A stretch of 64,000 nucleotides of DNA, taken from Orbicella franksi (taxonomy: Eukaryota). The notes beneath the pieces are model-generated. The model saw only the letters and a program-made list of their open reading frames with translations. It was not told where the DNA came from and ran no database searches. Made by a program: the position numbers and the translations under genes. Below, piece after piece: positions 1 to 11,197 of this stretch (the stretch's first letter is position 1; every line of letters begins with the position of its first letter). Location: positions 12,586,001 through 12,650,000 of the forward strand of contig OZ116699.1 in NCBI GenBank assembly GCA_964199315.1, read 5' to 3'.

Positions 1-385
1 GTGGTATTCGAGTGTTCCTTACCAGAAAAAAGTATTGCCATAGTACGGTGTGAAAAGTATAACGTCCCTATCCCTGCATTCAGGGCACACTAATCTGTTG
101 CACTCCCGTATACACATTAGCTCTTCTACGAGTGGTGGTGTCCACTTGATTTGATTTTGATCAAGAAAACAGGCCATTTTAAAGATAACTTACTTTAATG
201 AAAAAAGTTCATTTTATTATCCAATCGCAAATTATACTATGCATTTACACGAACTCGAATAAAATTCGTTAATCCGCCAACAGGTGTCAAGAAGACAACT
301 GGTATGTTTCTGTTTTCTTCTTTATCAACAAAAGAACACGAGAGTTATGGCTTAACTCAATAAAACATTCTGTGAATAAGGTCTG

Positions 386-3300
386 TTAACCAATCGTTGA
401 ATTTGGTAGCAGTTGTGTCCTCTTAAATATTGTGGAATAAACGTCCTGTGTCATGGTTCCTTTGTTAATGACATTTTCTCTTAAAAATTTTCGATCATTC
501 CCAGGCGGCCTATACAATGCCACCACATACAAATCATTTGTGGCGACATCCTTTGCACATCCCATGCCTATTTCTTTGCTCCCTTTCCAGATCATCTGAG
601 TGAATGCGTCGGTCTGCGGTGTAACTCGTGGATACGAATAGCTATAATTACGTGATTCGCTGTACCATATATCAGTTGCTACCGTTCCAGCATCGTTGAA
701 TGGAACACCAGTTATCTTTGCTACATTTTCTCCATAGCCCATCGAAGTTGCCACTTCAGATCGTTGCACGGTTCCCCTCATGGCCATGTCATATGCCATT
801 TTCTCTGCTTGAGTAGCAAGCTCATCCGACCAACGGAGATTCGAAGAATGATGTTCTTGGCGATAGTGATTATGAGCTTGAAGGCCCTTCTCAGCGAATG
901 TCTCAAGATCTAAGGGAACGGAGAGCAATACAACAAAAGGTAAACAAACGACCCTCAAACAAGCAAATAAAAACACCTGAAGGGACAAAGACAAACCAAA
1001 GGAAAACCTCCTCATATAATAATAAAACGCCTCACTAAATATATTACAGGAACACTCTATTGACTGAACTTGAACAGCTTCGATAGTATTTAACTGTAAA
1101 GTCTACGAGTTTAAACGTGCACAATATATCATCCACTGTGTACTTCGCCGCCTACGTACAAAATTCGTCACTGGAGAGTGTTTTACGCGAACTTACGAAC
1201 ATTACCTTCCTTGATGTGCTGTACCGTGCTTGATTCCTGCCTGTCTCTTGGCATTCCGAGCTCTGTGGCAGACTCAAATAATACATTGTCTGATGGACCA
1301 AGGGGTTTTGTTGGGGAAACTGATTTTGTAATTGGCTCAGACGGGGACATTACCAGATCTTTTAACGGGTCAAAAAGCACGTTTGCATGAGCAAGCTCAG
1401 GGGGTTCTTCTTGTCCAGCTGCTCTGGTAAAGGCAGACAATTCTCCGAAGCGTGGTTTTTCTTGGTTTTTATCATCTTGCAAAAATCGAGTCTTTTTTTC
1501 TGGTTGAACGTAATTTACGGGTGTTGGGTCATTTTTTATACCTCTCACACTTCCTGTGTTTGTGGTCTGGGCGCTTTGAAGGCTTGGAAGTTGATTTCCT
1601 ACCAACGAGTCTAAATCTGTCGGATATCCTATTAACTGTTTTCCCTGCAGACTTTTAATACTTGATTGCACCGCCTGCAATAGCTTCTTAACGGCTTCTG
1701 CGAATGCAGCTGTGCTTTGTGACGTTGGCTGTGGCTTTCTGGCTGGCTTTCTATTCACATGGTAACTGTCGGGTTCTTTTACAGCACTTCCCTTTAATGA
1801 GGGTAAAATCCTTACGCTATATCCAACTCTGGTAGTTGGTTGCACTTTCACGTCGCTCGGAAAGCTTCGTGTTTCATTAGTCACTGCACTTCTTGAAGGC
1901 CCTGCAATCCCTTTTTCAAGCATTTCTTGAGACACTGGTTGAGCGTCGTTAAGTTTGCCTAAAGTGTCCACAATTCCTGTATGTTCTTTCACCGACTCGG
2001 CTTGCCTGTCTGTATCAGTTTCTTTTTCTTCGAGCGGGTCATCAGACAAGTCTTTCGGAGGAACTATTTCGTCTCCTGACTTAGGAATTTTCAAAAGAAC
2101 CCATGATTTTCGATTCCCTTGGACGTCAACCACCTTTTTAGCGGGCGAAACATTATTGAGCACCCCTGAAGAGGGTATATTCTTCTTAAGTTTGGGATCT
2201 TGGTGAATATTTTGCAAATAATTCCTTAATTCTTCCCTAGCCATAGACTTGATTAGATCGCTGACGGCTTTTGCCAGTGCAAAGGAAAACGACTTCTTGC
2301 GGTGTTTTTTGGACCTTATAATCGCCTTTACTGTATTAAACTGTTTTCTTTGATCTGCAAGTCTTGTTCTTGAACTTGAAACAGTTGGACTATGGCGAAA
2401 CAAAGGTGTGTAGGTGGGTTTCGTAACAAGGGGAGCCTTGTGTCCAAACAACAATCTTAATATCGAGACTCCTAACTCTGTTGGGTTAATAAGTTCAGTA
2501 TGAATGGTTGACTTGCGTTCGCCAGTCTGACTCTGCTGCGATGTCGAGGCGTTTAAGAGGCGTAATATATTACTTCCAAAACCTGATGGCAATCCAGACG
2601 GAGAAACAGAGTCAGTTGGATCAGAACTGAAAGTTGTTTGTTTTTCATTTGTTTTGTTGCCATTGTCAAGAAGCACTTTGGCTAAAGACAATGCATTAGA
2701 GTCTTTTACAAAATGATTCCTCCTGTCCAGTAACAGACCCACTGCGGTTAGGAGGGTGCGTGAAATAGGAACAGGATGCACATGTAGAGATTTACCAGGT
2801 TCGGGCATTGCTATTGATGTTCTTTTGTGGGTTCTTTCTGATAGTGGCACAGCTGGTGCTACATATCTTGCTTTTGTTTTCGGTTCCTTAGTTTTTCCTG
2901 TTGGATAGATCTTTGTGATTTTGTGCTTCTTGTCTTTTGCCCACGCCGTAGACTTTTTGACTTCTCCAATATCAGAAGACAAAGCCAGCTCTTTAACCAA
3001 CAGCTCATCTTGCGCTATTTCGTCGTTATTATAAGCATGGAATAGCCCACTCTTTTGCACTGTATCTTTTTTCTTTATTCCAACAGTAGTTTTCCAGTCT
3101 TGAAAGTTAACTGGTGTCCGTCTAACAGTAACCTTGTTCTTTTTAGTCCTAAACACATGGTGTTGGGGTTTCGTCTCCTGTCTTCGTCCTAAAAGAGGAA
3201 AACAAAAATGGTATATCTGGTCAACTTGGTTGGTGTTAAAATGCACAGCAATTTTTTTTTTCGTTTCTATTAAATTTGGGTTACCTTGTTCTCTATACCC

Positions 3301-3408
3301 TATTTCCCTTAAAACCATACATTACTTCTCAAAGTGAAACTTACCTAATATTAACACGTTACGCGCCAAGGTTGTGATAAGCACCAGGGCCAAAATTTTC
3401 CCACTCAT
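386..3408 (-). CDS. Secreted CAP/SCP (GAPR-1/GLIPR2-like) domain protein, 856 aa; coding exons 3408-3345, 3188-1206, 909-386
   Basis: Exon 1 encodes the signal-like MSGKILALVLITTLARNVLIL and ends at TTAG|gtaagt (phase 1). Exon 2 has acceptor tttcctcttttag|GA and donor GAAG|gtaatg (phase 1). Exon 3 has acceptor gttcccttag|AT. The three exons total 2571 nt in one open frame and join track ORFs 1183..3318 and 386..1015. CAP motifs present: HNxYR, LxWS, GENVA, WYSE, FTQMIWK, IGMG, YVVALYxPPGN. Confidence 0.85.
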
Positions 3409-5179
3409 TTGTTCATCGGACTTGGAAGGCTGAAAAACAAAAACGTTTGCTCAATCTATTAAAAAATATCAATAAACCAGACGTAACAAAAGAAACCAAA
3501 ATATACATTTTCAGCTAGAGTTTCGCCAAGACTATGGCAACAATTTTGCTTCACGGTGTGATGGTACATGTACAAAAGCTTTTCTTCTTTCTTTACATGT
3601 GGCACGATACATTTCACAGAACATCTGGGAGTCTATAATAATGGAAACGCTGTCAGTTCGTCCTGGCCTTTGCGGTTTAACCCCTTGTTCCTCCCCAAAT
3701 GGATACTAACACAATTAAGTAGAAGTTAGGTAATCGACGGAGGAAGTAAACAGCATATTCATTTCTCTGAATCGCTTATATTTGAATGAAATGCAATTTG
3801 TTTACTTCAATAAATGGTGTAAAACGAAGCCATAACAGGAAAACCCATTTATCGAAATGTCGTTAGTGAAGTTCAAATATTATTTTATGTTTTTTCTTAG
3901 GTGAAAATTACCGTATCAGCCAACCAAACAGATAACCTACCTGTTCCTATTCATAATTATTCATGTTCGCAGTCGTGAATCCCTTCTCGGACTATGTTCA
4001 AAATAACAGAATTTAGCTAGTCAAAACCGTCATTTCGTCAAGCCATGTTATTGGTGTTGTTAGTTTTCATCCAAAATTGCTCAAAATCAACCATTTGAAG
4101 TGAAGAAGACAAAAATATGTGTTGACTCAACTCTTCCGCTAAACGAAGAATGAAGTATCGTCATTGGCTCATCGACCCAAATGTTAGAGTGAGACTGGTG
4201 TCTGTTTTGTTTTGACGATCTCTTCTCGCTGCTAATTGATGAGAGAATCAACCTGTCACTTGACTTGACGCTTCAAAGGCTCTGTCATCCATGAATGAAA
4301 ATCACAATGTCTCTCATGGTCAAGTGCTTATCAATACAAACCGGGCCACTCTTCTCCTGATGCTTTTATCGAAAGTGTAAGCAAATTATCTCGAGCAGCT
4401 TAGCTTAAATGAGGTCAACCTAGTTATGTTCTTTGACGACAAGTGAAAAACTAAGAGAAACTGTTGTAACAAAAAGCCAATATCGATCACACGAACTTCA
4501 AGCAATCTATTTACAAACAAGAACTGAGAAAGCTCTACAATCATCACTTATTTAATAATATTTTTAATTGTTTTTAGTAGTCTTTAAGTCCAAGCTCATA
4601 ATTTAACGGCGTAAGTCAGGTGAAATTAAAGAACCCGATGGCGCATTGTGTGTTCATTATTCTGTTTGCTGTTAGCCAGGTCTTGGGAATGGAGATCCTG
4701 CGATCGCTGGCCAACTGTCTCCGACAAAAAGAGAGATAGTGAAGAATCAAGCAGCCACAGAGTGGACATGTTAGAGAAGTGTTGTATAATATTCACCTCC
4801 CCACCCCCTCCCCCCCCAAAAAGAGACTTAAATAACGCTCTGCGTAATAAGAAGATCCTGAAGGGAAGTGGGCAGGGGCGTCCTAGGCTATGTTTTGCCC
4901 AAATCCTAGTTTTTTTTTGTAATTCCCAGTCTCAGCTACCCCAATCCCATATCCCCAGAAAAAAATTGGCATATCTCTGCTCCGATTTTTCCACTTCAGG
5001 CACCTCTAATAATCGCCCTCCGTCGGATAACTACCCAAAGTAAATCAGCTCTTGCGGAAATTCAATCATTACGGTATCCGGGGTTCTTATTATTTAATTT
5101 ATTTCGAAACATCCTAGATTGGCTTACAATACTCAGTTCCAGGCATTGCAATTACTTTGTTTTTCTGCTTCTGCTTGCG

Positions 5180-5345
5180 ACTATCTAGTTTACACTAGAA
5201 CATGAGCGACGGAGTCATAAGCGAGATCAGAAGAAAATGGAAACGTTATGATTCTTCCGACTCCGACTCCGATTCCGTGGAGCTTATGACTCCGCTTACA
5301 ACTTCGACTTTCGATTTTCACTAGGTTGTAAGCGCTCTTATGACT
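5180..5345. mobile_element. Short MITE-like interspersed repeat
   Basis: Internal inverted motifs (GGAGTCATAAGC / GCTTATGACTCC) and CCGACT repeats. Ends not resolved. Confidence 0.4.
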
Positions 5346-5430
5346 TTAAAAGCAGGGCTGTCACTAACGGCCGGGGACTTTCCCCGGCTACTACGAGCTA
5401 GAGCCCCGACTACTTTGACGGAAAACTAAA

Positions 5431-5487
5431 TGTATGTATAAAAATATAAAACTGTGTATGTATGTATGCGTGTATGTATGTATGTAT
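5431..5487. repeat. (TATG)n microsatellite, interrupted
   Basis: TGTATGTATA...TGTATGTATGTATGCGTGTATGTATGTATGTA read directly. Confidence 0.8.
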
Positions 5488-6849
5488 TGCATTGGAGAGT
5501 GAAAGACTGTGGATCCCGGGCCAGTATACTAACGATACTCTTATGTGCCACGATATTTCTTTTTTCAAATTTTAAACCTCGCTATTTGAACACATCACAA
5601 CAAGCTTACATTTACGAAAACAATGTAACATTTCCATGCGGTTTTGGCGGCATCAACAAATGTGGGAAATTACAATTTTTAAATAAATAAACATTTGAAG
5701 AGTTTACAATCATAAATTACTATCCTGTCATTCTTGACTCAATGATGCACATGTATGTCATGAAAGCCTACTTGAAATGTATCGAACTTACAAGCATTTG
5801 CACCAAGCAATAGAGAATTTTGACTTAAAACCGTTTGTTTTTAGACCTAGTAGTATTAGCCACTATTTTGGGCTTTAAGTTGCAGGAAAAAAGTCTCTTT
5901 CAGGCGTTTTCGGCTTGTAATTTTTTTTCCACTGGTTACTTAGCCTACTGCTATTGTCATACTAGTTGCAGGTGGACACTGTTTCCTTCATGGTTTGCGT
6001 TTTGTATGCTACACATAATGTGGCTAAAACTGGCTTAAAACTGGCATCAAAGTCCTCAAGAATGCATAAAAATGGAATATGAGCTTGTCTAGATTTTCAC
6101 ATTTTTCCAGGGGGATGCCCCCGGAACCTGTACACGAAATAAAGTTAGCTTTAGGACCCCTCCATAACTAAATTCGTACCTATCGGCTTGATTTTTTTAG
6201 GAATAAAATTAAGAAAACCAGCCTTTATGAGTCAAATGAATCAATGAGTCACAGAATTAGTATTAGAGTTACCAAATGTTACCATTATTGAGAGCTAACC
6301 GTAAACAAGCTAACCTGAGCATTATTCAAGCTATAAACCTGAGTACTCAGGCTCACCGGAGTGCTATTCAGGCCAACCAAGCGCAATTGAGGCAAACCGA
6401 ACTGCTATTCAGGCTAGGAGTGAGATTTGACCAGTGATCTCATGAATTCGTGACCAATGGCTCATAGATTCATGCTACTAATAAACACCGGCGATTTGGG
6501 GCGCGAGACGGCGCAAAACCTGACATAGTTTCTGTTTGCTTGCTTGTTTGTTTTGCCTACCACGTGCCCAAACTCTCACGAAACGACGGCTACTACCCAG
6601 GTAGAGATTTTGGACCCTTTTGCGTCTGAAAAGTTTTAGCTTTATGCTAGAATAGACCAAGAAGACCAAACAATTGTTGTTGCAGACCGTCCAACCTTTC
6701 CAAGTCCGCAAGGAAGCTTCTACAGACAAACACATGGGGAAAATGACTTAAATGTACGAACAAATCTGCGGAAAAGTTAAAACGAGACTGTACGCTTTCA
6801 TTGCAAAACTATCTTTAAGGTGTCTCGATACAATTTTTCCCGGACCATA

Positions 6850-7800
6850 CCTAACATTGTCAATCAGCTTTTTAACATCTTCCTTTCATCGGATGGAAGT
6901 GAAATTCACACCACTTTTGGAACTGGATTGAAGTTTGATATAATATATTTTTAGGGCAATCTATATTTCCATGGAAACGATAAACAAAAAAACTCACTTG
7001 AATTTTGTGCGAACCAGATTTGATATAAACACGAAGATCAGAGAGCTTAGAACTGGGCCTGAAAGTTGAACTTCCCAAAACGATTTTTCTTCCCATGGAA
7101 AGTCCTGTGCAGCATAGTGCAACTTTGGAAAAATAGTGACACAAGTGATGTAAAAGTCTGAGCTTTGGCTAAGTGAACTGGGAAATTTTCTTAGTGACAT
7201 CGACATCAGTTGTTAATCTGATCGGCATGGCTGCATATATTATGGAGACTCTGCCTGTATACAATACTTCCGCATTTTTGCGTAATTCGATCGATGCCAC
7301 CTTCGATATTTCGACCTCCTGATTTCTGTAACCAATTTTCGTTTCCTTTGGAGGTTTGAGAACTCGAGATTGCACTGTATTAAGAATACCGCAGAAGATA
7401 TGATGTAAACGGGAGAGTGACAGTTAAACATTGCAATAGAATGAAAGTAAAGTATGTAACTTCCTTCATTCTGGTTGAATCTGAATTATTTCTGACAAAC
7501 AAATGAGCTATACAGGGGGAAATTACTAAGTTGAACTGATCAGAGTGACTTACGCAGGTAATGGTCAGCGGAAAACTAAAGACTTTATGTATGGTGTATT
7601 TAGGACAAAATGTGTGGTATACATGAAGTATATAATTGAAGGCCAATTATTTTTGCTCGAATCAGGGAGTACCAGTGCTTGAGAAATGGAGAACTGGGCA
7701 CTGACAAGCGGTTTTAAAGAGTGATAGAGGATATTACCTGAGAACACAACATTTTTGTTTCGATGATATCATAGTTACTAGTATGTAAGCTTTTGTAATC
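6850..7800 (-). pseudogene. Possible highly decayed non-LTR retrotransposon (L2/CR1-like) ORF2 relic
   Basis: Only weak RT C-terminal-like fragments on the minus strand (e.g. LYHSLKPLVSAQFSISQALVLP). No continuous frame. Confidence 0.25.
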
Positions 7801-9768
7801 CTGTACCAAGGTCATGCAAATAAACCTTTTAGTTGCGCTTACGTGACTCTTTTAGTGTCATGTATTGCATTAAATAACAATTTAGCTAATAAAGATTCCA
7901 GAGTAGAAGCGCACAGGATTTGCCTTATCTTGCCCTCTCGCGAAGTTACCCATAAAATAAAGGTTCTTATATCTTTCATCACTGACGTCATAAAGTGATG
8001 AATTAAACCGTCTGAAACTCACCATTTAAATGAACGAGAAACATGCACTGCGCATGGAGGATTTTCCTTATCTTGCCGTCTTACGGAGTTACAGTATAAC
8101 AAAGCTTGTTCGTTCTTGCATAATAATGCGGGTGACATAAAAAAATTAAATTAAGTGGAAGTTAAACCCTCTGAAGTTCAGACATCGTGACAAACAGAAA
8201 GCCATAAAGACCATTGAATTGAACGAAAAATACTGTACAACAGAACTCTACTGACAAATAGAACGCTATAAAAATATCCTTTGATCAAGCGAGGTTTCCG
8301 CGCTCCGTATTGGCCTTTTGTCATTTACCGGTCGCTTTAGGCTTAGATCATGACTAATATCATTGGAAATTGCGAGTTTCGAGTTTGAGAGGCCTTGTAT
8401 TCACCGTGAAATTCGTTGTTTTTCCCTCATGGTCGTTCGTTTCACCTAAGTGAGAGTTAAACCCTGTGAATCTCAGGCATCGTGACAAAAAGAAAGCCAA
8501 AAACACCCTTGAAAGGAGCTACCGTGACAAGTAGAACTCCTTAAACATAACCTTGGGTCAGGCGACTTTTTTCGCCCGCCGTATTTGCTTTTTGTCCTTT
8601 ACCGGTCGCTCTAGGCCTAGATACAAATATTCCGATATTTCTTGAGATATCTAGAAGCGTCCTAGATTTTCAGATTATACTAATCTCAGAAGACAATCTG
8701 TCCCTCTGTAAAAAGCTCTCTGTGGCCGTCGCCATGATGATACCTTGAGCGTGTTTGCTAACAGCTATCACACATTTCAGTGGATTTTTCCCGTCGCGCT
8801 TCTGTTGTGGCATCCTTGTCAGTGCCCACACGAGTACACATACCTGCTCAAAGTAGCCGTTTTACAATTTGTGCAACCTTTTTGCTTCCAGAAGCATTAA
8901 GAGATATTAAGACAGTTTACCCTACAGTTTACGGTTTCGTATAGCAAGGACAAGAACTATTTATAATATTGAGCCCCCTGTTACTAGGGAGATATGCTTC
9001 ACTCTCAAAAATGGGAATACCCTCATAATACAAGTGCAATTCACAATATTAACAATAGTTTATTATAGGCAGTAGGGAGGATAAGCTGTGTTTGTTTATT
9101 TGTTCGCTTGCGTCTTTTTTTCTTAGTTTTGTTACTATTGTTAATTTAGTTATTATTGTAACCTTGCTTTGCATTGTTTCTGTTGGATTTTTTGTATATT
9201 AACCAGTAAACACTGGTTTGGGTCTCGGTTATAAACCCATGAGAAAAGAACCTGGCCATTCCATTGGCCAATATCCAGCCATCTTGACCTCACCTTTAAG
9301 GTCCATAACCCACATACGTGTATCAAAACAATCCTCCTCCATCAAAATAAAAATAGAATAGTTTTATTGGCCTCTAAGTTGTATCGATTTAAGTTATTGT
9401 ATTTTTTAGAAACACATCATTCGCTGTTTAGCAGTCAGCCGGCAGCAACTAGAAACTTGAGGTACACCGTCAACACTAAAGGTAAACCAGTGACTTTTCA
9501 GTTTATTTGACTTTCTTTTTCTCGAGATGTGAGTGCTAAATACAGTTGTTATGAAGTGTAAAAGTTACTTCGAGTATGGTTATAGATAGGGTTTTAACGT
9601 ACGGATAAACGATTATAGTGAGATATGGAAAGACTACCGTGCGAGCAGGTTCACCTTCGGATAATTTGGTTTTATCAACTGGGTTGATAATGTGAATTGG
9701 CCACCGTAAAGAGATTCGAGATACCTTCGGGTATTCGTTACATGTGCCTCATATACTAGGTCTTTCCA

Positions 9769-9881
9769 TAGCCTTCGAGAAGGCTCACTTATTTGGAGTT
9801 TTGCGCAAACGCGAACGGAAAAAAAAAGCCATAGCAGCGATTGGGCGCGAAACCCAAACACTAGAGCCTACTCGCAGGCTA
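9769..9881. mobile_element. ~110 bp MITE with TA ends
   Basis: Left end TAGCCTTCGAGAAGGCTC versus reverse complement of right end TAGCCTGCGAGTAGGCTC (2 mismatches). Confidence 0.65.
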
Positions 9882-10753
9882 TGGAAAGACCTTTTATATA
9901 CGGCACATGTAACGAATACCCGAAGGTAGCGGCAGGAAAAGGCTGCTAACTGAGGAACGCTGATTCATAAGTCAAATGTGTCTATGGGTCAAGATTCATG
10001 AGTCAATGAGTCAATAAGTCACTGGTCAATTTGGACTGCTGCCGGTTATTAGCCTGAATACATGTAGCACTCCAGTCAGCCTAAATAACACTTTGGTTGG
10101 CCTAGTCCAGTCCCTACACTCTTCCTTTTGTAATTGCCGCCGTATTGGTTTGTAGCGCTGGTTTTGTTTAAGAGTTTTCAACATCCGTAAAAAGCTTAGA
10201 AACGTTGATTACTGAAATATTCAAAATTTCAACAGGTCTCATTAGAATGGAAATTTTGATTTCTTGACATCCCGTAACAAAATCAAATTTGATACAGTTG
10301 TAATCCATTCTTGTACTTCTTCCCCCCCCCCCCGCCCCCAAAAAATACTTGTTCTGTTTTGCTCTGTAGAATCTTTTGATCCAATTTATTTGTATATTTG
10401 GTTACATTTGGCAATATAACGTGGAAATTAGAAAAGAGAACTTTCGATAATCAACCGGGAAACTGTCACTTTGAAATATTAGACGTTCTTTCGCAGTGTC
10501 AGCCAACGTTTGCAGGAAGGTTTGAAAACCGCCCTAAAGGAAATCAGTAAGCCCTTCTCTTCGTGATTATTGTATTGGGGGATTACGTAAAGTGGAATGA
10601 TGGATATGGAATATTGGCTTTAACTTTTATTAATTAAAGGTATATTGAACCATGGCTGCAAATAGTGAAAGGATTACCTCAAGTTGCGTTTGAGTTAATT
10701 CCGCGCGGTCGTTGCTGCACAAAAAAAGTGCAAAAAAGGTTAACAACTAAAGT

Positions 10754-11063
10754 GATAAGTTAATAAAGATGGTGAATTTTAAGCTCGTTAATGAAATGTG
10801 AAGGTGAATTAATCAACATGACACGAGCGTGGGACAAAGAAAAATTCTGAGTCCCCGACAGGAATCGAACCCATGACCTCCCAAACACCGGGCGGGCGCT
10901 CTATCTACTGAGCTACGAGAACTCATAGAGAGCAAGGCCATTTAACTGAGTTCATATATGACAGGTGTCCTGCATACTGCTAGGATCAACGCTATCGAAG
11001 TCATCGTGACTCAGAATTTTTCTTTGTCCCACGCTCGTGTCATGTTGATTAATTTACCTTCTC
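10754..11063 (-). mobile_element. tRNA-derived SINE with an inverted 5' segment, between the putative promoter and first coding exon of copy 1
   Basis: tRNA-like head at 10919-10849 with A box TAGCTCAGTAG and B box GGTTCGATTCC. ~54-bp inverted repeat 10800-10853 / 11008-11061. 15-bp TSD GTTAACAACTAAAGT at 10739 and 11064. Confidence 0.8.
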
Positions 11064-11197
11064 GTTAACAACTAAAGTTGGAAGTTGCATGACTCTTAAT
11101 TGTCGGGTGCTTATCTCCTTTTATTAACTTATGAAACCTGCTAACTGAATAAATTCACGTTATTTCCTTGCAGAGAAAAACCAAAACGTACGACATC

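Noticed and set aside
910-1015. Hydrophobic N-terminus of ORF 386..1015 as a signal or TM segment
   Set aside because: It is the pyrimidine-rich 3' end of an intron; the real signal peptide is encoded at 3408-3345.
5374-5383. Canonical NF-kB site GGGACTTTCC
   Set aside because: A single 10-mer inside a short palindrome near a CAGGG-type repeat end, kilobases from either gene; chance or repeat origin is not excluded.
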